Numbered from the stretch's first letter, positions 29,972-39,554 are shown. The stretch is DNA of 64,000 bases from Thermoplasmata archaeon (GCA_021817245.1 JAKAVQ010000006.1:66001-130000), one strand, 5' to 3'. Notes: generated by a model not told the origin, from the letters alone. Translations and numbers: made by a program.

Positions 29972-30196
29972 CGACACGGGTGCGAGCGCGGTTCCTCGAG
30001 GACCCCTTGGTGGTCAGGACTTCCCGGTTTCCACTCGGAGGGCGCATCGCGCTCCATGCTCACGAGACTCTCCTCGCCGCGAGCCCGTTCGGACTTCGTC
30101 GCCCGGGGACGAAGCCCCTGAAGCGTTCCTTACCCCTTGGACCAAGGAAGGGAGGAAAGGGTTCGCGAACTCTCACCGACCGAGTCGGCCGCGGTC

Positions 30197-31837
30197 TTAG
30201 AATCCGAAGTGAACGACCTCCGTGCTCCAGACCGACGGGGCCTTGTCGAACTCGGTGACGCCCCACGCGGTCGGGTTGATCGAACCGCTCGGGAAGTAGT
30301 ATTGGGCCCCAGAGTAGTCCCCGTACCGTTGAGACGTGTCGTACGACACCCCCGAGAACACGAGGGTCGGGCCCCGGAAGGTACCGAACACGTCGGTGGA
30401 GAACTGACCCGTGACCGCGACGCTCGGGTAGCTAAGGGGACCCGAGAAGCCGACGATCATGAGGTACCCCGGGCCCAACCCGGGCAGCGCCGTGAGCGCT
30501 CCGTAGAAGAGGTAGTACCCGGCCACGCCGGTGTCCGTGTCCTGGGCCATGTAGTTGATATCGGTACTGATCTCGTCCACACGGACGCACGCCCGCGCGG
30601 TGTTGTCGCCCACGGGGATGCACGAGGTACTGTAGGTCACCCACAGAGAGCCACCGGATCCGGTGTGCGCCCAACTGACGGACTGCACTCGGCCATCATC
30701 GGTGGTGATGAGGGCGGCCGTCCCCGCCTGGGGAGCACCCGGAACGAACCCCGTATTCGCAATCGGATAGACGTAGATCGACTGGAGCGCCACCGACCCC
30801 GGAAGCCCGAACGTCGCGTACACCCAGAGACTCGTGGACCCGGAGACGCCGCCGGTGGTCGCCCAGTAGAGGAGGGGACTACCGGTGCCATTGTTCGTCA
30901 CCGAACGCGCGGGATGGACCGAGGCGTACGAGCTCCCGGTGGAGATGACGCCGACCTGGAAGCTAAACGTCCCTTTCATCATCTTCGCCGCGCCGAACAC
31001 CGATCCGATCGAGCCGTAGAACGTGGTGAACGTGGAGTCGTACTGATTCGTGTCGACCCCGATATCCTGCGTCGTGAAGCCGAAGACCGGTTGATCCATG
31101 TAGTTGGCGTATCCGTTGAAACCCTGGCCGTAGTAGTAGACCCAGCAGGACCCGACCGCCGAGTTGGCCTGCGAGATGGCGATGTAGCCCGTGTTCGTCG
31201 TGAAATCGACGGCGGTGAAGATGAACCGTCCCCCGCTGAAACTGTAGCAGAGCGCCTGGACGTCACTGACGCTGTCCGTCGTAGGGAGCGAGAAGAAGGC
31301 GTTGAGGGTCACGGGCCCGGCCAAGAGCTTACCGGTGAGTGTGGTCACCCGGAGCTCCGAGTTCACGACCTCGAGGACGGTCGTCTTGTTGACCGCCATC
31401 TGGGAGTCTGGGGGGTAAAAGCCGTCGTCGGCGATTCCGGTGAATCTGCTCTTCACGGCCGGGGAGGTCGTCGCGAGCGGCAGGGCAGCCGTGCCCGCTC
31501 CCCCGGCACTCGAGCCGGCCGCCTGGACCGTCCCCGAGCTCCCACCGACGGTCTTCGCGGCTCCGACCGGCGGAAGGGTCGTCGCCCCCAGGGGGAAAGA
31601 ACGCACGCCCTTTGCCCCGCCCTTCCCGACCGCTCGCGCCGTCGCTCCGAATGACCCCGGAGCGACGAGATGACCCCGTTCGTCCAAACCCCCGGCCTTC
31701 ACCGTGGACCGGGCGTGGATGCCGGCCGTGGCGACCACCAAGCCCCCCTGAAGGGGACCGGCCGTGGCCAGGAGACATCCCACGATCGCCACAGCGAGGG
31801 CGGCCACCAGCCACCGTCGCCTCACCTTGCCTCGCAT
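30197..31837 (-). CDS. Secreted/surface-anchored Thr/Ser/Gly/Tyr-rich protein (possible cell-surface protein)
   Basis: 546 aa from the internal Met with N-terminal TM/signal (WLVAALAVAIVGCLLATAG); low-complexity S/T/G-rich, beta-rich composition typical of archaeal envelope proteins. Confidence 0.5.
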   Translation of the reverse strand: MRGKVRRRWLVAALAVAIVGCLLATAGPLQGGLVVATAGIHARSTVKAGGLDERGHLVAPGSFGATARAVGKGGAKGVRSFPLGATTLPPVGAAKTVGGSSGTVQAAGSSAGGAGTAALPLATTSPAVKSRFTGIADDGFYPPDSQMAVNKTTVLEVVNSELRVTTLTGKLLAGPVTLNAFFSLPTTDSVSDVQALCYSFSGGRFIFTAVDFTTNTGYIAISQANSAVGSCWVYYYGQGFNGYANYMDQPVFGFTTQDIGVDTNQYDSTFTTFYGSIGSVFGAAKMMKGTFSFQVGVISTGSSYASVHPARSVTNNGTGSPLLYWATTGGVSGSTSLWVYATFGLPGSVALQSIYVYPIANTGFVPGAPQAGTAALITTDDGRVQSVSWAHTGSGGSLWVTYSTSCIPVGDNTARACVRVDEISTDINYMAQDTDTGVAGYYLFYGALTALPGLGPGYLMIVGFSGPLSYPSVAVTGQFSTDVFGTFRGPTLVFSGVSYDTSQRYGDYSGAQYYFPSGSINPTAWGVTEFDKAPSVWSTEVVHFGF

Positions 31838-32098
31838 GTTTCCTCTTCTTCTGCCCCCGTCGCCATCACACCGCGATCCCGGGGGGTCGGCAGTGCCAAC
31901 CTCCTTCGAGGGGCGGAGGCGACGGCAAAACCGGAACAACTCCCCCGTTCAAGCGGGTGCCGCCGACCGGCTCGGCAGAATGGGCGTTTTCTTCCTCCCG
32001 GGACCCGTTTCTAAGGGATTCCGAGGCAAAACCCTCAGAACGGCAACGGAGGCGACTTCGCGTAGGTTTTTGAGCCACGTATAACTCCCGGAGCCCCG

Positions 32099-32560
32099 AT
32101 GCTCGGGTCCGTGGACGCGGCCATCTACCGCGCCCTCTTCCGGGACTCGGAGGCTCGGTTCTGGGGTTCCCGAGCGGTCGTCGACCCTCGTCTCAGTCTT
32201 GCCGAGGTCTCCCGGCGTACGGGGATCGCCCGGACGACGGTGCAGGCGCGATTCTCCCTCTGGCGTCGGGGGGATTCTGGTTGGGTCATGAGGTCTGGGC
32301 GAACCCGGCGCTCTTCGGGGCCCGCGTCGCGACCGTGGACCTCGCGGTCGAGAGCCCTTCCGAGGTGGACCGCTTGATGTGCGACCTGTCCGAGGTCGAG
32401 GGGGTGCTCTCGGCCCGCGACCTGCAGGACGAGGGCGGACGGACCGTGCGGGTCCACCTGGTGGACGACGGGCCGCGCGAGCTCGCCCGGAGGCTCCGCC
32501 ACTTGCGGAGGCTGGCCGTGACGGGTCCCGGATCCGGTCGCGCAACCGTTCTGGGTGCCT
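32099..32560 (+). CDS. Lrp/AsnC-family transcription regulator interrupted by an apparent +1 frameshift in a G6 run (possible pseudogene or sequencing indel)
   Basis: HTH part in the frame of 32099 (LSLAEVSRRTGIARTTVQARF); RAM domain continues in the frame of 32281 (GFWLGHEVWANPALFGARVATVDLAV...RLAVTGPGSGRATVL); the two frames join at GGGGGG (32268-32273). Confidence 0.4.
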
Positions 32561-33196
32561 CGCCCCGCTCGGGAGTTGAGCGGCCTCGATTGGCGGGTCG
32601 TGGCGTGCTACCGCACGTTCCCCGGCGCTACGCTTACGGAGGCCGCGGCCAGCCTAGGGATCACGCCGAAGACCCTCGCGCAGCGACGCAGTCAGCTCGT
32701 CGAGCAGAACGCCCTCTGGTGGATGCTCAACACGAACACCTCGAAGTTCCCTACGGCGGCGTTCTACCTTCGCCTGCGCGATCCCGCGTTGCGGGAAGAG
32801 GTGAAGTCTCGGCTCCTTTCGGAGGTGGTGGGTTGGATACCGTGCGCCGACGATGGGTTCGGTCGGTCGCCAGGCCCCGAGCTCGACATGGTCGCCGGCC
32901 TGGCGCTCGTCGAGACCCCGGCCTCGGACGATGACGTCGCGCGACGGATCGCGGGGGTGAGCGGGGTGGCCGCGGTACGCTGGAGAATCCCGAGACGGTT
33001 CCGTTCGTATCCCGACTGGTTGGACCGGCAGCTGCGCGCCCAAATGACCGAGCGGACCCTCCGAACCATCCGGACTCGCGTTCCGGATTCCCCGCGGATG
33101 CTCGATCCCCTGGGAGTCCTCGCGGCGCCCCAGCGAGGACCGCGGGGACCCGGGCTGATCCCCCCGGCCGCGGCGGGACCCGCTCGACCGAACTAG
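32555..33196 (+). CDS. Lrp-like HTH transcription regulator (divergent)
   Basis: LDWRVVACYRTFPGATLTEAAASLGITPKTLAQRRSQLVEQNAL HTH_AsnC-like; start uncertain. Confidence 0.45.
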   Translation: MPRPARELSGLDWRVVACYRTFPGATLTEAAASLGITPKTLAQRRSQLVEQNALWWMLNTNTSKFPTAAFYLRLRDPALREEVKSRLLSEVVGWIPCADDGFGRSPGPELDMVAGLALVETPASDDDVARRIAGVSGVAAVRWRIPRRFRSYPDWLDRQLRAQMTERTLRTIRTRVPDSPRMLDPLGVLAAPQRGPRGPGLIPPAAAGPARPN

Positions 33197-33704
33197 GGAC
33201 CGAAGGATTCCGGTGGCTACTCACGCCATCACCACGACCTTCCGGCCCTGCTCGCTCGCCGTGAGGGTTCGGGGGCCGAGATTCAGGGGTCGGTGGCGAT
33301 ATTCGCTCCTGGCGGTCCCAGTGCCCGACGTTCGAGCCCGGGCCGGGGTCGTCGCGACGATCTTGCTACGACCCCTCCGCACCGGGAACGGCAAGGGCTC
33401 CAGGTTGAAGGAGTAGGAGCTGAACCCGCCCGTCGCGGAAGAGGGACTCGGGGAGCTCTGCGGGTCATTGACCGACGCGGCGGCCCGAATCCAACGGGAC
33501 CTGGACGCTTGCCCGGCGAGGGGACAAACCCCCATTCCCGACGGGCCGCGAAGGTCGAAGCTAAGTAGCGTTGCCAATACGGGAATCCTGATGAATCGGG
33601 TTAGGGCCTTAATATACCCCCAGATTTTCGGGGATTCCCGGAACGGCCCGGGCCCGGCACGCAAGTCCGGCCCCGAGCTCGACGTCGTACGTTAGGAAGA
33701 CCCC

Positions 33705-33950
33705 ATGGCATTCCTCGATCGAGCGCGGCGAGTACAGGACGAGTTCGACGGGCGTCTCAGGACCGTCGGGCACGGGAAGTACGGCCGCATCCTCCGCATG
33801 GCCCGTCGGCCGACCTCGGAGGAGTACGTGAAGGTGCTCCAGGTCACCTGGCTCGGCGCGATCCTGATCGGGCTCACCGGCTTCGCGATCTACATCTTCT
33901 TCACCCAGGCCGGCCCGTGGCTCTGGGCCAACTACCTCTCGGGCCTCTAG
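33705..33950 (+). CDS. secE: Protein translocase subunit SecE / Sec61-gamma
   Basis: 81 aa with a single C-terminal TM helix (LGAILIGLTGFAIYIFF); conserved position upstream of spt5. Confidence 0.8.
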   Translation: MAFLDRARRVQDEFDGRLRTVGHGKYGRILRMARRPTSEEYVKVLQVTWLGAILIGLTGFAIYIFFTQAGPWLWANYLSGL

Positions 33951-33971
33951 GGTCCGAGGAGGCTTTCACGG

Positions 33972-34976
33972 ATGACGAACGGAACCTCGGAAGAGGAGGG
34001 CATCGGCCTGCTCACCCCGCAGGCGGAGAAGCCCGTCCCGAAGCCGACGGTGGCGCCGCCCCCGGTCGCCCCCGCGGCGCCGGCCGCTCCGCCGACCCCG
34101 CCCGCGCCGCCGAAGGTCGATCTTACCGGCCTCCTTTCGCTCAAGGCCGCCGACGACACGACCCGCGAGGTCACCGCCGGCACGGTCACGACGCTGAGCG
34201 CGGTGCTGCTGAGCCGCGCCGCTGAGCCGGTCTCGGTCAGTCTCTCGATCGAGGTGGGGTACACCTCGACCTACCCCGGCGAGGGGGCCGAGTGGCCCGT
34301 ACGCTGGCTCCCTCCGGGCAAGCGGAGCTCGGTCGAGCTCTTTCCCCGCAAGGAGACCCACGCGATCTCCCTCGCCCCGAACACCGGCCAGCCGCTCTCC
34401 TTCGAGATCACCGCGCCGGTCGGCGTGCGCTACGGCGACCGGGTCGAGGTCCGGCTGGGCGTCACCGGTCCGAGCGGCGGCGCGCCGGTCCGGCTCACCC
34501 TCGCATGCGTCGCGCGGCAGGCCGTCCTCGCGATCAAGACCTCCCGAGGGTACGAGCGCGAGGTCGCCGACACGCTGCTCGCCCGCGCGGAGGAGAAGGC
34601 CGATGTCGTCTTTTCCCTCCTCGTCCCGTCGTCGCTGCGCGGGTACGTCTTTGCCGAAGGAATGAGCTTCGAAGGCGTCCGCGAGATGCTAAAGGGGATC
34701 CGCAAGGCGCGTGGCCTCGTCGAGGGCGAGACGACCCTCAAGGAGGTCGAGCCGCTCCTCGTCCCGAAGATCACGGTCGAAGGGTTCGTCGAAGGGGCGA
34801 TCGTGGAGCTGATCTCGGGCCCGTTCAAGGGCGAGAAGGCTCGGGTCAAGAAGATCGACCAGGCGAAGGAGGAGATCACGGTGGAACTGATCGAGGCCGT
34901 CGTCCCGATCCCGGTGACGGTGCGCGGAGACCACGTCCGCATGCTGGAGAGGGGAGGTGCGAAGGGTGGCGGTTGA
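33972..34976 (+). CDS. spt5: Transcription elongation factor Spt5 (NusG homolog) with an unusual ~180-aa N-terminal extension
   Basis: NGN domain (QAVLAIKTSRGYEREVADTLLARAEEKADVVFSLL...GYVFAEG) plus KOW (GAIVELISGPFKGEKARVKKID); a GGAGG Shine-Dalgarno-like site precedes the ATG at 33972. Confidence 0.7.
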   Translation: MTNGTSEEEGIGLLTPQAEKPVPKPTVAPPPVAPAAPAAPPTPPAPPKVDLTGLLSLKAADDTTREVTAGTVTTLSAVLLSRAAEPVSVSLSIEVGYTSTYPGEGAEWPVRWLPPGKRSSVELFPRKETHAISLAPNTGQPLSFEITAPVGVRYGDRVEVRLGVTGPSGGAPVRLTLACVARQAVLAIKTSRGYEREVADTLLARAEEKADVVFSLLVPSSLRGYVFAEGMSFEGVREMLKGIRKARGLVEGETTLKEVEPLLVPKITVEGFVEGAIVELISGPFKGEKARVKKIDQAKEEITVELIEAVVPIPVTVRGDHVRMLERGGAKGGG

Positions 34977-35433
34977 AGTGAGCATCCTGGTGGAAGGCGG
35001 TAAGGCCGCGGCCGGGGCGACCTTGGGCTCGGCGCTCGGGCCACTCGGCGTCAACGTCGGCCAGGTCGTCCAGAAGATCAACGAGGAGACCAAGCAGTTC
35101 CTCGGCATGCGGGTCCCGGTCATCATCCGGGTCGACCCGAACACGAAGGCGTTCACGCTCGCGGTGGGCCGTCCGCCGGTCGCCGCGCTCCTCCTGAAGG
35201 AGGCGAAGAAGGAGAAGGGAGCCGGCAAGCCGAAGACCGAGGTCGTCGGCGACGTGCCGCTGGAGGCGATCCGGAGGATCGCCGAGGCGAAGGGAGAGGA
35301 CCTCTACGGGCGGACGATCGAGGAACGGGTCAACCAGGTCCTCGGGACCTGCGTCTCGCTGGGCCTCTCCGTCGGCGGAGAGGACCCGCGGTCGGTCCTG
35401 AAGGCACGGATCTCGGCCCGGGGCGCCCGATGA
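34957..35433 (+). CDS. rpl11: 50S ribosomal protein L11 (uL11)
   Basis: VEVSILVEGGKAAAGATLGSALGPLGVNVGQVVQKINEET...; GTG start. Confidence 0.9.
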   Translation: MRRVAVEVSILVEGGKAAAGATLGSALGPLGVNVGQVVQKINEETKQFLGMRVPVIIRVDPNTKAFTLAVGRPPVAALLLKEAKKEKGAGKPKTEVVGDVPLEAIRRIAEAKGEDLYGRTIEERVNQVLGTCVSLGLSVGGEDPRSVLKARISARGAR

Positions 35434-35729
35434 TGGGAGCGCCGGGCGGGACTCCGCCCGACCTCTCCAACGCCGAGATCGTCGACTACCAGGTGATCGA
35501 GGGCGACGGGCGCGTGCGCCTGAAGCTCAAGGACGGATCGGTCGTCGAGATCCGCCTCGAGATCATGAACATCCTGAGGGCCGGCAACGACCCGAACACG
35601 GGCCTTCCCGCCTACATCGTTCAATCGGCGCCGCTCGTGCGGCTCGTCGAATGCCCTAAGGAGCTCCGGAGGCCCCCGCTGCGTCCCGGTGGAAAGCCGG
35701 ACGGCAAGGCGATCCCGGGGTTCGGTTAA
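35430..35729 (+). CDS. Hypothetical small protein
   Basis: 99-aa ORF translationally coupled to rpl11 (ATGA overlap); no recognised family. Confidence 0.3.
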   Translation: MMGAPGGTPPDLSNAEIVDYQVIEGDGRVRLKLKDGSVVEIRLEIMNILRAGNDPNTGLPAYIVQSAPLVRLVECPKELRRPPLRPGGKPDGKAIPGFG

Positions 35730-35815
35730 GACCCCCCGCCGACCGTCGGGAGTCCCCATAGACGAAAAACAGGGCTCCGGGAGCCCCAAGCCCCCGGAGC
35801 GGGGAAAGGGCCGTC

Positions 35816-36304
35816 CTACTGGACGGCGATCTTGACCTCGGAGCTCTGCGGCGTCGGGTGCTGCTTCGGCAGCTCGAGTTCGAGGAGTCCGTTCTCCACC
35901 TTTGCCTTCGCATCGGTCGCCACGACCGGTTCGGGGAGCTCGAGGCTGCGGTAGTAGCCGGCGTAGGCCCGCTCGCGGTGGACGTACGCCGCTTCCTTCT
36001 GCTCGGTCTCGGACGCGCTCTCGCCGCGGATCTCGACGAGGTTCCCACGGACCCGGATGTCGAGCTTCTCCTTCGGGATGCCGGGGATCTCGGCGACGAT
36101 CTTGTACGCCGAGCCGGTGTCGCTCACGTCGGTCCGGGCCGCGCGGAACAGGCTCGGCTCGGTGGCCCCGATCGCGGAGTACGGTCGCCCGAAGGGAGCG
36201 ATCTCCCAGCTCTCGAAGAACCGGTTCCGCATCTCGTCGAACCACTGGTCGAGGTCGGTCCACGGGTCGCGCGCCTTCTCACGCTTCTGGATCTCTCTCG
36301 TCAT
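35816..36304 (-). CDS. hsp20: Small heat shock protein (Hsp20/alpha-crystallin family)
   Basis: 162 aa; alpha-crystallin domain (YKIVAEIPGIPKEKLDIRVRGNLVEIRGE...AKVENGLLELELPK). Confidence 0.85.
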   Translation of the reverse strand: MTREIQKREKARDPWTDLDQWFDEMRNRFFESWEIAPFGRPYSAIGATEPSLFRAARTDVSDTGSAYKIVAEIPGIPKEKLDIRVRGNLVEIRGESASETEQKEAAYVHRERAYAGYYRSLELPEPVVATDAKAKVENGLLELELPKQHPTPQSSEVKIAVQ

Positions 36305-36344
36305 GGTACCCTCAAGGGCTCTCACTTCAGATATGTTTGCATTA

Positions 36345-36881
36345 CTATATAATAGATTGTAATGGCCCGGTCCCAACCGCCGTGGATGCCGGGACTCCGG
36401 CACTCCACTCGAGCAGGACAAAGCGCGCGAACGCACGCGCACAGTCGAGGGCCCCGGCGGAAAGCGGACCCTCGAGGGTCTCGACCTCGAGACGGAGCGG
36501 TCGTGGGTAGACGAACAGGCTACGCGCGCGGCAAGCCTCCTCGATGTCGCCGGCGGCCCCGGGCCGGATCCACCGTTCGGCACGCCGGCGCTCTTCGTCC
36601 GTGCGGCCGAGCGGCCCGTAGGTGTCGAACACCACAACGGCCCTCAGGTCCCCCGTGCCGGGTCCGAGACCCCGGACGAAGCGGGCGACCGGCCGGGTCA
36701 TCCGGCCGAGGTGCGTCGGGCCTCCGAGGAAGAGAAGTTCGGAGCCGGTCGGGACTCCCGATCCCTCCCGAAGGGGCCACATCTCGACCGCATGCCCTTC
36801 GTCCCGGACTTCCCCGGCGATCGCCTCGGCGACCGATCGGGTGTTGCCGTAGACGCTGTCGTAGGCGACCGCGACCTTCAT
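36345..36881 (-). CDS. Flavodoxin-family protein
   Basis: 178 aa; MKVAVAYDSVYGNTRSVAEAIA flavodoxin N-terminal signature. Confidence 0.6.
   Translation of the reverse strand: MKVAVAYDSVYGNTRSVAEAIAGEVRDEGHAVEMWPLREGSGVPTGSELLFLGGPTHLGRMTRPVARFVRGLGPGTGDLRAVVVFDTYGPLGRTDEERRRAERWIRPGAAGDIEEACRARSLFVYPRPLRLEVETLEGPLSAGALDCARAFARFVLLEWSAGVPASTAVGTGPLQSII
36346..36354 (-). promoter_or_regulatory. AT-rich TATA-box-like element upstream of hsp20
   Basis: TTTGCATTACTATATAATAGATTGTAATGG: the only AT-rich island in the region, 40-50 bp upstream of the hsp20 start on the minus strand. Confidence 0.4.
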
Positions 36882-37018
36882 CGCACGGTTCCGCGGTACG
36901 GAATCTCCCTTCGGAAAGAGCGGGGACCTACCTCTTGAGCGCCCCGTCAACCCCGGCTCACGCGACGGTCCATCGGAGTTTCGGACCCCGCGGCGGAAAG
37001 ACCATACCTCGAGCGGCC

Positions 37019-38227
37019 ATGCCGCTCGCGACGGCAACGCCGCAGGCCGGCTTCGGAGGGCAGGTCGTGGAGGAGGTGAGGGTCGGCGAGCGGCGCACGC
37101 TCGACCGGCAGCGGTTCTCCCGGCTGTTCGAGGCGCTCGCGGGCGCGGGGTACTCGATCGTCGGACCGACCGTGCGCGATGGGGCGATCGTCTACGACCA
37201 GATCCGGTCGGTCGAGGACCTTCCGATCGGCTGGACGGACCGCCAGAGTGGGGGGAGCTACCGGCTCGAGCGGCGGGGCGACGCGGCGCTCTTCGGCTAC
37301 ACGGTCGGCCCGTCCTCCTGGAAGAAGTACCTCTTCCCCGCGCGAGAGCGCCTCTGGACAGCGACCCGCATCGGCGACTCGTTCACGGTCCGCCCCGAGC
37401 CGGTCGAGCCCACCCGGCTCGCCTTTTTCGGGATGCGGGCGTGCGAGCTTTCGGCGCTCGCCGTGACCGACCGCGTGTTCGCGGGCGGCCCGGTGACCGA
37501 CCCCGGCTACCGGACCCGGCGCTCCTCGATCCTGCGCATCGCAGTGCAGTGCGGGCAAGCGGGCGGGACCTGCTTCTGCGTCTCGATGGGCACGGGGCCC
37601 GGCGTACGGGATGGGGCGGACCTCGTGCTGACCGAGATCCTGGACGCGGGGCCGCACCGCTTCCTGCTCGAGCCACGGACCGAGGAGGGGGCCGCGGTCC
37701 TGTCGCGGATCGCCTCGGAGCTCGTGCCCGCCGCGGCGGGGGAGGCCCGCATCGCGGAGGCGATCGTCGCCCGGACGGCGGCGTCGATGGGCCGCACGAT
37801 GGAGGCGACCGGTCTCCGCGAGCTCCTCCGGGAGAATCTCGAACACCCGCGCTGGCAGCTCGTCGCGGCTCGCTGTCTCTCCTGTACCAACTGCACCATG
37901 GTCTGCCCCACGTGCTTTTGCAGCGCGCAGGAGGAGGTGCCGGACCTCGACGTCACGAAGGTCGAGCGCTGGCGACGCTGGGACTCCTGCTTCAACCTCG
38001 CGTTCACCGAGCTCCACGGGGCGAGCGTCCGCAAGACCGGCCTCTCCCGGTACCGTCAGTGGCTGACCCACAAGCTCGGGACCTGGCACGACCAGTTCGG
38101 CACGTCCGGTTGCGTCGGCTGCGGCCGCTGTATCACCTGGTGCCCGGTCGGGATCGACCTCACGGAAGAGATCGGGGCGATCCGCGCCGGCCCAGGGCCG
38201 GCGGCCGCACCGGGAGGGAAGCCGTGA
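37019..38227 (+). CDS. [NiFe]-hydrogenase-associated iron-sulfur subunit (sulfhydrogenase beta / AsrA-like), multiple 4Fe-4S sites
   Basis: 402 aa; CGQAGGTCFC, CLSCTNCTMVCPTCFC, CVGCGRCITWCP cysteine clusters. Confidence 0.7.
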   Translation: MPLATATPQAGFGGQVVEEVRVGERRTLDRQRFSRLFEALAGAGYSIVGPTVRDGAIVYDQIRSVEDLPIGWTDRQSGGSYRLERRGDAALFGYTVGPSSWKKYLFPARERLWTATRIGDSFTVRPEPVEPTRLAFFGMRACELSALAVTDRVFAGGPVTDPGYRTRRSSILRIAVQCGQAGGTCFCVSMGTGPGVRDGADLVLTEILDAGPHRFLLEPRTEEGAAVLSRIASELVPAAAGEARIAEAIVARTAASMGRTMEATGLRELLRENLEHPRWQLVAARCLSCTNCTMVCPTCFCSAQEEVPDLDVTKVERWRRWDSCFNLAFTELHGASVRKTGLSRYRQWLTHKLGTWHDQFGTSGCVGCGRCITWCPVGIDLTEEIGAIRAGPGPAAAPGGKP

Positions 38228-38694
38228 GCTCCCGGACGACGGAGGACTTTCGCGAGGCGGTCCGTCGGCACCCATTCCTCGAGGGCCTCGACCCGGCGTT
38301 CCTCGACGCGATGGTCCGCCTTGGGGTCGAACGTCGGTTCCGGGTGGATGAGCATCTGGCGCGCGAAGGTGCGCCCGCGAACGTGCTCTACATCCTCCTC
38401 GACGGAAAGGTCGCGCTCGAGGTCGGGGCCGCGGACCATCCGGCCCTCACCGTCCAGACGGTCGGGGCCGGCGAGGTCCTCGGCTGGTCCTGGCTCGTCG
38501 CGCCGTACCGCTGGCGCTTCGATGCCCGTGCGGTGAAGCCGGTGCATGCCGTGGAGATCGAAGGGGGGGCGCTGCGTCGTCTCCTCTCCGAGCACCCGGA
38601 CTGGGGCTACCAGTTCCTGCTGCGATTCCTTCCCGTCCTGGCCGAACGCCTCGAGAACACGCGCATCCAGCTCCTGGACATCCATGCTCGCTGA
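38224..38694 (+). CDS. Cyclic-nucleotide-binding (CAP/Crp effector-type) domain protein embedded in the hydrogenase operon
   Basis: About 156 aa; cNMP-binding fold pattern (VLYILLDGKVALEV...GAGEVLGWSWLVAPYRWRFDARAVKPVHAVEI...LLRFLPVLAERL); GTG start overlaps the hydB stop (GTGA) and the 3' end overlaps the hydG start. Confidence 0.6.
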   Translation: MSSRTTEDFREAVRRHPFLEGLDPAFLDAMVRLGVERRFRVDEHLAREGAPANVLYILLDGKVALEVGAADHPALTVQTVGAGEVLGWSWLVAPYRWRFDARAVKPVHAVEIEGGALRRLLSEHPDWGYQFLLRFLPVLAERLENTRIQLLDIHAR

Positions 38695-39550
38695 CGTGGC
38701 CCCGGACCCCACCAGTTCCGCCGCCGCCGGCCACCCGCTCGCCCCCCTCCCGTACCGGGTGCGCGCCGTGGCGACCGAGACCGCGGACACCACGACCCTC
38801 ACCATCGAGCCCCGTTCGACCCGTAGCGTTCCGGCCCCCGCCCCCGGCCAGTTCGTAATGTTGTACGCGTTCGGCGTCGGGGAATCCCCGATCGGGGTCA
38901 GCGCGCACCGCGCCGACGGCACCCTGGTCCACACGGTGCGGAACGTGGGGAAGGTGACGTCGGCGCTCGCCCGCCTCACTCCCGGAGACACGGTCGGCGT
39001 CCGCGGTCCGTACGGGAGGGGCTGGCCGCTTCAAGAGGCCCGGGGCCAGGACCTCGTGATCGTCGCGGGAGGCCTTGGCCTCCCGCCGCTCCGACCGGTA
39101 CTGTACGAGGTCTTCGAGAACCGGGACCGGTACGGGCGGGTCGAGGTCATCTACGGGGCGCGGACCCCCAAGGACCTCATCTACTACGAGGAGCTCCAGA
39201 GCTGGCGGCGACGCAGCGATCTGCGAATCCAGGTCACGGTCGACGCGGCGGGGCGAGACTGGTACGGTGACGTCGGGGTCGTTACGACCCGACTTCCCGA
39301 CGTGCGGTTCGACGGTTCCCGCACGTCCGCGTTCATCTGCGGCCCCGAGATCATGATGAGACTCACCGCCCAGGCCGTGGTCGCGCGGGGGGTCCGCCCC
39401 GAGGCCACCTGGGTCTCGATGGAGCGGAACATGAAATGCGCGGTGGCCCTCTGCGGGCACTGCCAGTTTGGCCCCACGTTCGTCTGCCGGGACGGTCCGG
39501 TGCTGAGCTACCGGGCGCTCGAGCCGTTCCTCGCGGTCAAGGAGGTGTAA
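38684..39550 (+). CDS. Hydrogenase gamma subunit (FAD/NAD(P)-binding oxidoreductase with 2Fe-2S; AsrB/HydG-like)
   Basis: 289 aa; ferredoxin-reductase-type FAD/NAD-binding fold plus C-terminal [17 protein letters not shown]. Confidence 0.75.
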   Translation: MLADVAPDPTSSAAAGHPLAPLPYRVRAVATETADTTTLTIEPRSTRSVPAPAPGQFVMLYAFGVGESPIGVSAHRADGTLVHTVRNVGKVTSALARLTPGDTVGVRGPYGRGWPLQEARGQDLVIVAGGLGLPPLRPVLYEVFENRDRYGRVEVIYGARTPKDLIYYEELQSWRRRSDLRIQVTVDAAGRDWYGDVGVVTTRLPDVRFDGSRTSAFICGPEIMMRLTAQAVVARGVRPEATWVSMERNMKCAVALCGHCQFGPTFVCRDGPVLSYRALEPFLAVKEV

Positions 39551-39554
39551 GCTG

